A stretch of DNA of 63,898 nt, the filler included. It is 10 parts of 10 records of this genome, joined end to end, with 100 filler letters (N's around TTAATTAATTAA, not from the genome) between each part and the next. Parts side by side here need not be neighbours in the genome. Positions count along the whole stretch, not along the records: positions 34,181 to 48,015 come from SRR7504441_4065; 9 more parts are not named here. One strand, 5' to 3'. The position numbers and the translations under genes were made by a program. The notes under the pieces were generated by a model. It ran no database searches. It saw nothing but the letters and a program-made list of their open reading frames with translations, and was not told where the DNA came from. Positions 34,181 to 45,613 of the stretch are shown in pieces. Each line of letters begins with the position of its first letter. The stretch's first letter is position 1.

Positions 34181-35599
34181 GCCGCAGGCGGAGTCCTCGA
34201 CCATCTCGACCGCAGAGGCGGTTCGATGGTCAGGACATCGCCACACGGTATAGCGCGTGGGATAATATCAACAAATGCAACGCCAACGGCGGCCCAAGGC
34301 ACTGTCCATCGGGTGGCCCCGATTCGCTTGACGTGCCCACGATCACCGATACCTCAGCTCCGCGCTCTGGTAGTACGCAGGCCTGGACTAGGCAAAAAAC
34401 TGCGTTGCAAGTGCTCAGCTTCGTGGGCGATGCCTCCTCACCCCTCGGACCTGAGGGGTACACGGCCACAGAAGTAGCAAGCTTCTTCATCAAGCAATTC
34501 GGTGTCAAGCAGTGCAAAAGCGGGCAAACAGCCAACACAGACGGCACTTGTACAAACTGGCATGAGATGTGGGATCGTATCACGAGTTACCAGCGACGGT
34601 TCCACAGGTACTACAACGATATCAATGACGCAAAGGGTATTTTCAAAGTGATTCAAGGCATATATGATCGGCATATATGATCGGTTTGCTACACTCAAGG
34701 AGGGATCCGTCGCCGGTACGCCTTTGCGGAGAAGTGACATCTTTGCTCTGGACAGATATCTAGACTTTCACCAGAGTGCGTTTACTCCACTGATTAATGC
34801 CAACGAGGCTGATTTCATTACAATGCTGCGGTATGGAAATGACGTCGATCGCGGGACCGCCTGGGCCACAGTTGCAGCACTGCCTCACTATGCGATGATG
34901 CATTTGACCGTGAAAACGATGAAATTGGCGGTCAGCGCCCCAGTGAACCGACACAAAATCCTCACGAGTCCCCAGCACGGCTACTTGGTCTCGATCCAGA
35001 AGTATATGACCATGGCAACAAACCTGTACAACAAATTGATGAATGTGCGGGAGGATGCGCTGGTCGCCAATTGGGAGGACGCTGAGGATCAACTGATGCG
35101 CAATGCTGTGACGCGGCAGTCGCCCTTTACCCGTAGGGTCATAGGAGGGACTGGGAAACCTCTGGTCAAAATCACCATCAAGGACACGTGGCCTGGCTGT
35201 AAATGGCAAAAGACGCTGGCCGTTTGCCCTCAACCAGGTGTGGACTGCTCTGCTGAAACAAACCATGGAGACGTACATCCTGAAACGTGCTTCAAAGAGC
35301 ACGGATTTTATGTGATGGAGCAGTGGATACTCTTTTGGACAAATGAACTGCTCAAACCCACCAAACTGTGGGACAGCATGGGATGGAAGGTAATAGAAAC
35401 CAACCACCTGCCCCACGCGTCCGAAGCCGCGAGCCACATTGCAGAAAACAATCGCTTTCTCAGCCACCCGGTGTGTCCTCCCGGCACTTATCAACGTCCG
35501 GACAGTACTTCTTCCAACTATGTTCACGACGATTGTATGAGTTGGTCTCAGATTTGGGCTCGGGAGTTTCCCGATGCCCGCAACCCCGGGCGTGGTTGA
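34181..35599 (+). CDS. Unknown helical protein, possibly Cry/endotoxin-N-like, frameshifted by a 13-bp duplication
   Basis: ORFs 34333..34680 and 34664..35599 join if one copy of GGCATATATGATC (34657..34682) is removed. Confidence 0.5.
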
Positions 35600-35801
35600 T
35601 GCCCGGGGTTTCTGTGTCCAAAGAAAAGCTTCGTTGATGCTCAGTTAGAGAAACACAACAAGTAGATAGATAGATAGATAGATGGAGATGACGCAAGCCT
35701 AGGTCTTAGGGTACTCCACTTGTGCTTGGACATATGCCATGGTGCCTGCAGTAGAATAAAAGGAAAACCCCAAAACGGTCCATGGTCGTGGCAGCCCAGT
35801 G

Positions 35802-37096
35802 ATGGCCCGGGAGGCTGCGGCGAGGCTGTGGCGCTGGCTCTTGTCAGCGATGCTAGTGGCGCTGCCGGGTACCTCGCCTGCTGCCGTCGCGATTGACTCA
35901 CTTCGTGCTGAGCAGCCTCTGTGGCGCGGCGGAATGCTCTGGTGGTGCCGACCCGGGCCGTGACACTCAAGGCGGTATTCGCCGATCAGTGGGACTGCAT
36001 CACGGACTCGTCGTCCAGTTTACTGACCAATTGCAGCCGTGGGAGTGGCAGCGAGCAGTGGAATATCCTTAGCGACGGCTTGATCGAAAATCAGGGGTCG
36101 GGCAGCTGTCTGGACGGCACTGCTGCGGGCAGTGCGGTGCAGACGAGTGTGTGTGACTCTTCGTCTCAGTGCGCAGCTAGCAGCCACGGGTGGGCTGAGA
36201 TTGGCACGTTTGCCAGGTCACAGGGCTGGGAGATTCACGAGAGTCATTACCTCATCCAGCAGGTGGCCGTGGGCCTATTGCCAGGTCGGGCAAGGCAGGA
36301 CAGGCCACGGCAGTCAATGGCGGAGCCGCGCTTTGCTTGGAGCGCGTCTGGGCTGCCTCTGCGGTGGCCTTAATTGCTCTGCCTACGTCGTGCCAGAGCC
36401 GAACCCAGCACAGAGCCCAAGATCACCTCACCACAGGAGCCATGGCCGACTTCCTGCACGCGCCCGCCCTGCAAACAGTCCAACCCATGTCGATGCCCGA
36501 CGTGCAGCCGCACTCGTGGTGCTTGTTTGCTTGGCAATTGTCTGAGTGCTGTGGCAGCAACCAAGTCCTGACCAAAACTTGGTTAGGATGGATGCACTCC
36601 CGGGCATCCGGAGCGCATGGCTGTCAGGGAGTCGGCGCAACGATCGTCAGGCTTCAGTACGAGCTGGCAACCCTCTTGCATATGATCAAGCTCAACACGT
36701 ATTAGTTGTGGAGTCGTTTCTTGCTGGCTTGCCGACCTTTCTGTTTGAGCATTGTGAGCCGGATGAAGGAGAACAATGCACCATTTGCATTGAGGAGTGG
36801 AGGGCTCTAGATACAGCAATAGTTTTGCCGTGCAGTCACAGGTTCCACGAGGTGTGAACTGATCTTTGATTCTACATGATCGCTGGTGCTCGCAGGCTTG
36901 CATCAAGGAGTGGTTACTCAAGGCAAAGGGTGGAATCCAATGTTGCCCTGTTTGTAAGGTGAAAGCCATGAATTGTTGCGTTGGCACTGAGAGGTTGGCC
37001 AGACGGAAATCTGTCTACGCCCGGGCAATATCAATGTTCCTGACTCGTCACCGGATAATCCGCTTGCCGATAGAAACGTCCCCGTGGACTTTATAG
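35802..37096 (+). CDS. Signal peptide - ricin-B lectin - TM - RING-H2 protein, multi-exon
   Basis: MAREAAARLWRWLLSAMLVALP; EQWNILSDGLIENQGSGSCLD (QxW); CTICIEEW...LPCSHRFHE|ACIKEWL...CPVCK. Confidence 0.7.
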
Positions 37097-37137
37097 CCGC
37101 CGATGTAGGCATAAGAACATTCGCAAACGATTGATAC

Positions 37138-37872
37138 TTATACAGTACTTGGGCACCATTCATTAAGCACATGTCTTAATAGCAAGTTGGCCTGCTGGTG
37201 CTGCAGAAAGAGCTTGAAAGCCCGCCTTACCTCTTTATCCGAAGGGACCAAGTGCCCTCCGGGGTGTTCAACAATCACCCGACTCGTCTCATCAAACAGT
37301 GTAGCAGCCGCGATCGAGTCAGAACTGGCGATGATCTCATCCGAGGCGCCGTAACAGTGGAAGCTCGGCACCGACAGTGGCGCGGCCGCCTCGACGCACG
37401 TAGCTAACTGCGGTGTCCTCGGGACAAACCCCGAGAACATGGCGAAGAATCCAAACTGCACCGGCAGCTCGCCTTGCAGCTGGCGCGCCGCCAGCAGCCC
37501 GACCAGGCTGGCACCCTGAGAGAAGCCGCAGACGCCGTCGAACGGTCCCTCGCGGGCGCACAGTTCGCCGAGCGCCAGGACACTCTGCTCAACAGACTGG
37601 AGCGCCACCGACGGGTCGGCCGGGTCGTGGCGCCACCAGCACCGGGCTGGCTCTTGACACGGGTCGCTGGCCGAGCCGATGGCCGGGCGGCCGGTGATCT
37701 CGCGCCGGGCGGCCAATTCGTCCGGCGACAGCTCGTGCGGCGCTTGGGCGAAGACGAACTCGGCCAGCTTCTTGCTCTCGGAGCGGGCAGCCCCCGACTT
37801 TGCCCGGAAAGTCGGGCCAGACTGGCCGTAGCCGTGCAGGCAGAGCACCCGCAGCTTGCTCCGGCCAGACAT
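37138..37872 (-). CDS. FSH1/OVCA2 family serine hydrolase
   Basis: LCLHGYGQS, GPFDGVCGFSQGA, HCYGASDEII, HPGGHLVP. Confidence 0.9.
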   Translation of the reverse strand: MSGRSKLRVLCLHGYGQSGPTFRAKSGAARSESKKLAEFVFAQAPHELSPDELAARREITGRPAIGSASDPCQEPARCWWRHDPADPSVALQSVEQSVLALGELCAREGPFDGVCGFSQGASLVGLLAARQLQGELPVQFGFFAMFSGFVPRTPQLATCVEAAAPLSVPSFHCYGASDEIIASSDSIAAATLFDETSRVIVEHPGGHLVPSDKEVRRAFKLFLQHQQANLLLRHVLNEWCPSTV

Positions 37873-37994
37873 GCCAACCACTCGCTTTCCCACCTCTCAG
37901 ACCGCACTCGGTTCGTCCGTTAAATTAACGGAAACATTGCCTTCTCGAGTGGCGGTTGATCGCCCCCCGATCGAGCCTCGAGACACAAGGACAC

Positions 37995-38718
37995 ATGGCA
38001 TACCAACAGCAACCGATGTACGGGCAGCCGCAGCAACCAGTGTACGGGCAGCCGCAGCAGACCTACGTCCAACCCGGCCAGCCGATGCCCCCGCAGCAGA
38101 CCTACGTCCAGCAAGGCCAGCCTATGCACCCGCAACAGGGCTACGGCCAGCCGATGCCACCGCAGCAACAAACCTTCCGGGTCATCTTCCCGTCAGGTGC
38201 CCGCCCGGTAGCCCGGTGGCGAGCCGCCCGTGTAGGAGTGGCATGGCGGAGTCAGCCCAACTATAACGCCAAGATCACCCAAACTCAGGGACCGGTCTGC
38301 GGAACGGTGGGCGGCCTGGGCTGCCCGGGTTCGACGGCCGGGCCAGCAAATGTCCGGACCGGTGGTCCAGGGACAGGACGGGATCCAGTATCTGCAGGTG
38401 GGAAGCCAATTCCTTCCTCTCTTCAGTGCGTCGCCGAGGCCGGGCCGCGGCTGAGGCCTGGGCAGCTCCGCAGGGCCAGCCGCTCTTGCAGAACACGATG
38501 CAGCAGGCAACCGGCCGGCCGACGCGGTCTGACCGGTGCGGTTGCAGCAAATGAATGCCGACATCCATAGGGTGCAAGGGGGATACGCCCAGCCGGGATA
38601 CGCTCACGGGCACCACGGGCACCACGGGCAAACGGTCGTGATGCACGGTGGACACGGCAAGAAGATGAAGAAGATGAAGGGCCACAAGAAGAAGGGCTAC
38701 AAGATCAAACTCTTCTAG
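37995..38718 (+). CDS. Gln/Pro/Tyr-rich low-complexity protein with His/Lys-rich C-terminus, multi-exon
   Basis: MAYQQQPMYGQPQQ repeats; the last exon ends HGHHGHHGQ...GKKMKKMKGHKKKGYKIKLF*. Confidence 0.6.
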
Positions 38719-39093
38719 ACTCGCTGTGCGAGGCCCCGGAGCCATTGTTGACAAGCTTTTTAAGGCGCTACGATATAACTTACGCAATAGCTATTGCTCG
38801 GATTATTTCAATTGAGCATGTCAAAGTCCGTGTGATCCGAATGAACATATATGATTCATCTCAACGATCTCCTGAGAGTACTAAAAGACAAAAGAGTACG
38901 CTAGATGTACTTCGTTTAATTACTAATTGACTCCCGAAAGCTTAGGTTTGGGTTTAGTTTGGGTTGCAACTGAGCCGTACGTATGTACTCAGCCTAACTC
39001 AAGCCTCACAAGGTGAATCTTTGTGTGCACTCGTACTTGAGGTCCGGACTGGGTGGCCGGTGAGGCTTAAAGAGAACGACTCGGCTATCATTG

Positions 39094-41826
39094 TTAGTCC
39101 GACGTTATGATCGGAAACAGATGGTTGGGGCTTGACCCACCGGTGTAGTAGAAGAAACCGCCGAACGGGGCCTCTGCAATCTCATTCGGGTGGATCCAAG
39201 CTCGCTTCACAATCCCGTGCGACTGATAGCTCTTCCTCTCTTCGAGGGTCACCAGTCGGCCAGCATCGACCAGCTGCCGCACCAGCGGCGCATTCGCGTC
39301 CCAGTCCTGCCGGTCGCCAAACTGGATCACGTGCCCTCCTTGGAAGTGCCACACGATCACGTTGATCCCGACGATCGTGAATTCCTTGTCAAAGTACACA
39401 AACCCGCCTCGGAGCATCAACCGGAGGATGTTGTCCAGCTCCTGCTTGCCCTCGGAGACCCATTTGCATCCCTGCATCCCGAGCCGCCTTCTGTTAGCGT
39501 CCATAGCCCCGTCGCAGAACGAGACATACTCTGCTGTCAGCGGGATCCCGGCCACTCTCCGGCTGTGCACGTCCAGATTGATCGGCTCGGCCGCGCTGAA
39601 GCATACTGACTTCCACGGGAGCTCCTGCTCGATGGCTTCGCACGAGGCTTTCTGCATCATCTCGGTCACATCAAGCAGCCCGTCCCGGTCAACATCGTAC
39701 CGCCTGAACTGCTCTGCGGTCCCACCGGCGGCAATAAACTCGTCCAAGTCTACCCGGCCGTCCTGGTTGTCGTCGAGGTCGTTGATCTGGGTCTCGACCT
39801 GCTTCCGGAGCATGACGGCAACCGTCTGCGCCGAGTCGACCTGGGCCACCTGCTGGCCGTGCGTGAATTGGTCTAGGAAGGCCATGATAGTCTCCCTGGT
39901 GTAGACATCCTCTGCCGCCACATAGTGCAGCTTCTTGCCGCCCTCCGAGTCGCAAATCGCCCTCCGGTGCTCGTGCCTAAGACAGAGCGAGCACGGCCGC
40001 ACTGCGTTGGCCAATATCCGCAGCACAGGGTGCGCCAGAGGGAAGTCCGAGCTCGACTGTATTGGAGAGAACCGCTCCCTGATCGGCACAAACGAGTGCG
40101 ACCGGTCCTCGAATACCTCGAGCACAGGCGTGCGGTGCTCGTTGTTGATCTTGACCAGAAAGTCGGCAAGTGGCCCGAGCACGTCCACCGACTTGCGCGT
40201 GTTCTGCATAGAGGTCCGGAGCGTTTCTTCTGGCACGAACCTGCCCGTCTGCAGCCCTCGGTTATACGCTCGAGAGAGCACCGTCTCTTCGGCGCAATAT
40301 ACGTAAAATATGGCAATCCGGTACTGCGGAAATCGCTCGCGTATTTTGGCGAATTCTTGCCTGAACCAGTCTGAGTCGCCCAGGCTACCGTCGATCCAAG
40401 TATTCTGTCCTCGTGTGAGCGCGATCTCTGTGGCGAGCTCCTGGAGGAACCCGCTCTCTTTGTGACACATTGTGCCGGCCTGCTGGGTGCCGTTGGTCTT
40501 GTCCGCTTCGATGTACCCGCGCCACTCGGGCATAACCGACTTGAAATGGTCGGGGTCTATGTGGACAACGTTCTCGAGCTCGAACAAGCCGTGCTGCGAG
40601 AGCCAACTCATCGCGTGCCCCTTGCCCGCACCCATCGCCCCGCACGTATACACCAGCCATGGCCGCTCCTGCGAGTACATACGGACCGCCACGTCGGCAA
40701 CCACCTTGTCCTGCCACCGCTGCCTTTCGTTTGAATAGTTTGTGTGGTACTTGTAGTCAACTCTCTCTCTCACGTGCACGTAATTGCCCACAAGCGGCCC
40801 GTGCATGGCGGGATCGTACTGCTTGCTGCTGCTAGTGCCCCACTGGTTGCCTGGCGCCACTTTGTAATCCGGGTGGCACTGGGTGCGATAGGTCTCGACC
40901 CCGTAATCGTACGAGTCCGGCACCGAGAAGCTATGCGGGTGGGCGTAGTCGGAAACAATCGTCTGCAAAAACCGGTTACGGCGCCAGGCCCGGCAGAAGA
41001 GCCGGTAGCTGAGCAGGCCGGTGTGCGCCGGGTCGATTTTGTCAAACAGTCTGTGCATCTCGTGCTTGGACAAGTCCAGCTGCATCTCCGAAAGCGCCGA
41101 GATGAATGTCTGAATCGTCACGTGCCCGTTCAGGTCCTCCCCCTCCGCCGACTCCTGCTCGCCCTCCGGGAGCGTCCGTAGCTCGATAAACATCTTGCGC
41201 AGGTCCGAGGCCGATCGCGTGCCTTGCACACCGCTGCTCACCCGCCTGACACCACCGCTGCTCGGGCACTCCCCCCGACACGTCTCGTCGGCGCAGTCGT
41301 CGGCCGGGGCGGCGGTCGGCCCGGTCCAGAAGACGCTACGGTGCTGCTGCCCGGAAGACCCCCGGAGCAGGCCCGATTCGTGCGAGGCGCGTGTGTCGGG
41401 CGTCGGACTGGCGGCGGCGGCGGGCGGGACCGGGAGACCGGCGGCCTCGAGGGCAGCGGACATCTGGTCGACTAGCTGCTGAAGCCGTTGGTTGTCGGCC
41501 TGGAGCTGCTCCCGCTGGATCGAGGCCACGTCCAGCTCCAGCTTGAGCAACTTGCATCTTTCAGCTGGACCGGCCATCTTCTTCTCCCGAGCATCAGCCT
41601 CCATCTTCGACTGTTGGCAACGGAACGGCGGCCCCTTCCAGAGCTGCATGGGCTGCAGCACGAGCTCGCCGCTGCAGCCCGGCGGCGAGCCGGGGAGCGA
41701 GCCGGGTTGCCAGGGGAGCAACAAGCTGTCGGGCCGATCGGAGTCGATCGCCGAGCTAGAGAGAGCCGAGAACGCCGAGTCGGGCCTGGGCAGCACCGGC
41801 ACGGTGCCACGGTCCAAAACCCCCAT
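39094..41826 (-). CDS. Zeta-toxin-like P-loop kinase with EF-hands
   Basis: TCGAMGAGKGH (P-loop), IDPDHFK, HKESGFLQE, IDGSL, RAYNRGLQTGRFVP; EF-hands DPAHTGLLSY, DDNQDGRVDLDEF, DVDRDGLLDVTE. Confidence 0.85.
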   Translation of the reverse strand: MGVLDRGTVPVLPRPDSAFSALSSSAIDSDRPDSLLLPWQPGSLPGSPPGCSGELVLQPMQLWKGPPFRCQQSKMEADAREKKMAGPAERCKLLKLELDVASIQREQLQADNQRLQQLVDQMSAALEAAGLPVPPAAAASPTPDTRASHESGLLRGSSGQQHRSVFWTGPTAAPADDCADETCRGECPSSGGVRRVSSGVQGTRSASDLRKMFIELRTLPEGEQESAEGEDLNGHVTIQTFISALSEMQLDLSKHEMHRLFDKIDPAHTGLLSYRLFCRAWRRNRFLQTIVSDYAHPHSFSVPDSYDYGVETYRTQCHPDYKVAPGNQWGTSSSKQYDPAMHGPLVGNYVHVRERVDYKYHTNYSNERQRWQDKVVADVAVRMYSQERPWLVYTCGAMGAGKGHAMSWLSQHGLFELENVVHIDPDHFKSVMPEWRGYIEADKTNGTQQAGTMCHKESGFLQELATEIALTRGQNTWIDGSLGDSDWFRQEFAKIRERFPQYRIAIFYVYCAEETVLSRAYNRGLQTGRFVPEETLRTSMQNTRKSVDVLGPLADFLVKINNEHRTPVLEVFEDRSHSFVPIRERFSPIQSSSDFPLAHPVLRILANAVRPCSLCLRHEHRRAICDSEGGKKLHYVAAEDVYTRETIMAFLDQFTHGQQVAQVDSAQTVAVMLRKQVETQINDLDDNQDGRVDLDEFIAAGGTAEQFRRYDVDRDGLLDVTEMMQKASCEAIEQELPWKSVCFSAAEPINLDVHSRRVAGIPLTAEYVSFCDGAMDANRRRLGMQGCKWVSEGKQELDNILRLMLRGGFVYFDKEFTIVGINVIVWHFQGGHVIQFGDRQDWDANAPLVRQLVDAGRLVTLEERKSYQSHGIVKRAWIHPNEIAEAPFGGFFYYTGGSSPNHLFPIITSD

Positions 41827-42377
41827 CCCAGCAGAGCTGCCGCCCGAGGACGACTGCCAGCCCGACGACGACAGGGCCTGAGCGTGGTGGCTCGCAAGTG
41901 CTTCAGTGGGCAGGCTGGCGAGCCCGAGCCAAGTGAGCTTTGTGCGACACCATCAGTGATGAGTGTGCACCGGCCATGTAGGAGTAACATTACACGCTAT
42001 ACCACCATGTAGACTACTCTAGAGATGCTCTAGAGACGTATACTAGATGACCCGTCATACGTGTACAGTTAAATGATGCTTAGGTCCTTCATTAGGATGA
42101 GATCTATAGGAGACACCCACCCTTGAGCAGAGAGTTGCTCCGACGTGCTATATCGGTACTGTACGAGTGCTTTACCATACGAGTACGTACGTGCTTGCAA
42201 GACGGTGCCTAACCTTTGACGCGCGTGTAGCCGTCTCTCTTCCGGCCTACACTCGCATACGCATGCCCCCCGTGCTCCTCGTGCGTCTGATTACAAGCTC
42301 GGGCACTGCCCTCGTGCCAGTGCGGCTTGGCAGCTAGCTCCACCTTGTCTTCCCCCACAACCTCCGGCCGATCGCGA

Positions 42378-43980
42378 CTACTTGGCCGCTTCCACAACGC
42401 CCCGCCCACAATCGTGGTGCTGCCGCCCCGCGCTCAGGTTTATATAGGCAACATGCCACCTGCCGCAAGACACCCAGTTGTGCTTGGAGTCGGCCATTCG
42501 GACTGGCAGAATGATGTCAAAGAAGCCGTTCGCTTTCATGATGCCCAATATCACCATCGTGAGCACCCCTATAACAACCCAAAAGGCGTAGTATCCATAC
42601 TCCCACTCCACCCTGCCCCCCGTTCCCGGCCCGCGCCCCAGGCGCGCACTCGGGTAGATTATGGAAATTCATCCCGTATACTCCTGTGATGAAAGAGAGA
42701 GGCAGAAATATCGTCGCCACAATCGCCAGCACTGTATTGAGCTGCCCCACCCTCCGCTCGAACGAGTCGGCCCACTCAAGCCGGATCTCGGCCGCGAAGC
42801 TGTCCGCATCTTTGATCGAGTGAAGGTTCCGTTCGGTTAGATCAGTTAGAATGTACACGAGCCTCTTGCTGTCCTGGTCCAGCTTCGCAAACAAGTCGCG
42901 GTCCGTGTCCATGATCCCGCCGTCCCGGATGCAGAGCAGGTCCAGGAACTCTTTGATCGGCTCGTGCAGTCGCTGGCAGGTGAGTAGGAACCACTTGACG
43001 TCGGCCGTGATCCCCATCACAAAAGTCTTTTGATTCTGATCGACCAACTTGTGCAATTCATGCAAAGAGAGCATCGTCTCCGTTATCACGTCTATCATGC
43101 TCTCAGCCGCAACCATCATCAGCGTCAGCGCAAAAAACGGCGCGCTTGCCGTTCTGAGCACCGATGCTGTGCATCTTAACTCGTCCAGCACTCCACTCCA
43201 GACCTCTTGCTCCAGCTTGAGCAACGGAGAGCTCTCGCCAGTCAGCTGGCGGACCGCGCTGAAGATCACCGGCCCGCGGCCCTCCCCGGGGGGCGCCACG
43301 TAGACCACTACTCGATGCACCTTGAGCTCGAGCCCACACAGTCGGATCACCGGGAACACTAGGTACAGCCACGGCGTCCCAGCCTGGTGCGGAACCTCCG
43401 CACTCCAGCAGACGCGCTGCCGGCATATCTCATCGTTGCGCAGCTCCTGGAAGAACTCAGGCGGCAGCCCTGGCGCCAGTCCGGCAAGCGTCCCAAAGTG
43501 CGGGCAGTCCCGGGCGTCCGTGGGCAGAAATGCCGAGATCCAGAGGACAGATTCGCGGTTAAGGCTGGTGAACGCCTCGGTCACCCCAGCCGCCTTGGAG
43601 TAGTACCGGGGCGGGATCCGGGTGCCGGTGCTTACGTCGTGGAACGCGAAGCAGGCCGAGGTGCGCTCAGCTTCCGATAGCTCTCTGCCGTCCGGCTGGG
43701 GTAAAGAGAGCTTCTCCTTGAACCAGGCCAGCCGGGGCAGCCCGTGCGTCTCGTGCGCGTCCCCGGAGCACGCCTCGGCCATGGGCTCAGCGTCGTAGGC
43801 CGGGCGGCAGGTGGCGCCATAGGCGAATGGTACGTGCTCGGTGCAGGCCGGGCGCTGGCAAACGTCACAGAAGCTGATGCTGACCTTGCGCCCGGCGGGG
43901 GAACCGGTCAGCGTCGAGATCTCCGTGGCGATCGTCCCAGCCCCGCCCGAGGGCCCGTGCCGGCCCAGCTGGCTCCCCAT
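42378..43980 (-). CDS. corA: CorA-family Mg2+ transporter
   Basis: LAIVATIFLPLSFITGVYGMNF...LPE|VEWEYGYYAFW (GMN motif, short intron near 42612..42650). Start is ATG 43980 (MGSQ) or 44064. Confidence 0.85.
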
Positions 43981-44236
43981 CGGCGCACACACACTGCCGA
44001 GGTGCCGTGCGCGAAAGGTCTGACCTTGTTTTCTGCGGTGGTCTTCCGTTGAGAAACAGCTCATCAGGTGGTCTCCTGATCGCCATCAACGTCAACTGAA
44101 GGCGAGGATCCGGCCCTGGCTGGCGCTCGAAACCGGTCGAGAGGGGGTTAACGCGGGGACCGGGGTGAGTCCAGGACGGCTCGAGAGCGGGGGCGGCCTA
44201 GCTACGGGGCTTGAGCCGGGCCCGTAGGCCGACGTT

Positions 44237-45613
44237 ATGGAGTACTGGTGGCTCCTCGGGGTGTTCATTTATGTGAGCGGCACAGTCGGGGAAGCCCTCG
44301 GGGCCAACTTGCAACGATATGCCGCGCGCATGGAGGAGGAAAAGCCCGAGGAAGAGCGGGAGCTCGAAAAACAGCCCTACCATCGAATCGGATTCTGGTG
44401 CTTCGTCCTCAGCGGCATCTTCATGAGCATGGCGCTCTTCTTCGCCACCACCACCCTGCTCGCCCCGATGCAGCTGTTCATGTTTATGAGCAACTTCATC
44501 TTCGCGCACTACATCAACGGCGAGCCTTTCAACTGGGGTACGGACGGCGTCGCGGCTGGGTGCGTGGCGGCGGGCGTCATCATGTGTGTGGTGGTGGCCC
44601 CCAAAGACAGCGACAGCATGGACCAGGCCGCGATGATCGACCTGATGCAGAAGCCGACCTTCTATACCTACGTAGGGCTATCCACGGCCTTCATAGCGAC
44701 CGCCATGTATGCCAAGCGCAAGTTCATGCGCGACAGCGGCGGGGACCCGACCACGCTGAGTAAGACCCGGCAGAACCTGCTCAACATGAGCTGGGGCTCT
44801 CATGCCGGCGCTCTGGGCGGGGTGAACGTGACGCTGACCAAGGTGTGTTTCTCTATCATCATCGGCGAGTGGAATGATGATCAAGTGCGAGGTGTGGTCA
44901 CCTCTCCGCTGATGTACTGTATATCGTTTTTCTTGGTCATGACCTATATATTCCAAATCTGCGTCACTGTGGATGGGCTCGAGGCGTGCAGCGCGATCAT
45001 TGTGATGAGCACGCACTCGGTCACAGAGGAGGTATTCGCGATGCTGGGCGGGATCCTCTGGTTTGAAGACTATAGTCAGCTCACCTGGATCACAGGCCCT
45101 ATCTTTGTCTCTGGCCAGGTCCTCGCCATCGTAGCGGTGGTTGTGCTCTCGTACCTGCGGGTTGGCGTGGAGGAAGAGAAATCTCTGGCTGAGATGGAGA
45201 ATGACGGCTCAGTTGCACTTTCAAAAGATGACCAGCCGCACCACCTCGAGATGTTAGCGAACGGAGAGCATGCCGAGGAGGTGCCCTCGTCTGCGGAGAC
45301 TTCCCCGGGAGGCAAGCAGACCGACGACTCTGGTGAGATCCCGCCCCCGGAGGAGGAGATCAAGACCACTGAGTGTGCGCTGAGCCAATCGCCGGGCGTG
45401 TCGCCACGAGGGGACGCTCAGCCTGAAGGTGTCGTGATAGACTTCGCCGAGGACGACCCTCCGCCCACTGTAGCCACCGAGAGCCCACCGCCACCATCGA
45501 CCGTACCGCCGCCAGTCAAAGAGAGCCCACCCCCACCACCGACTGTGCCGCCGCCAGTCACAGAGAGCGCACCCGCACCACCGACCGAAGCACCGCGTTC
45601 AAAGGAGTTTTAG
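44237..45613 (+). CDS. NIPA-family (DMT) Mg2+ transporter-like protein with Pro-rich tail
   Basis: GANLQRY, ALFFATTTLLAPM, NFIFAHYINGE, GALGGVNVTLTK, LGGILWFEDY; about 9 TM segments. Confidence 0.8.
   Translation: MEYWWLLGVFIYVSGTVGEALGANLQRYAARMEEEKPEEERELEKQPYHRIGFWCFVLSGIFMSMALFFATTTLLAPMQLFMFMSNFIFAHYINGEPFNWGTDGVAAGCVAAGVIMCVVVAPKDSDSMDQAAMIDLMQKPTFYTYVGLSTAFIATAMYAKRKFMRDSGGDPTTLSKTRQNLLNMSWGSHAGALGGVNVTLTKVCFSIIIGEWNDDQVRGVVTSPLMYCISFFLVMTYIFQICVTVDGLEACSAIIVMSTHSVTEEVFAMLGGILWFEDYSQLTWITGPIFVSGQVLAIVAVVVLSYLRVGVEEEKSLAEMENDGSVALSKDDQPHHLEMLANGEHAEEVPSSAETSPGGKQTDDSGEIPPPEEEIKTTECALSQSPGVSPRGDAQPEGVVIDFAEDDPPPTVATESPPPPSTVPPPVKESPPPPPTVPPPVTESAPAPPTEAPRSKEF

Noticed and set aside
35663-35684. 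(GATA)n tract
   Set aside because: An ordinary short microsatellite.
45465-45590. Repeated GAGAGCCCACC units in the NIPA gene, and the repeats at 37995..38170
   Set aside because: These are coding Pro-rich or Gln-rich repeats, not CRISPR or regulatory arrays.
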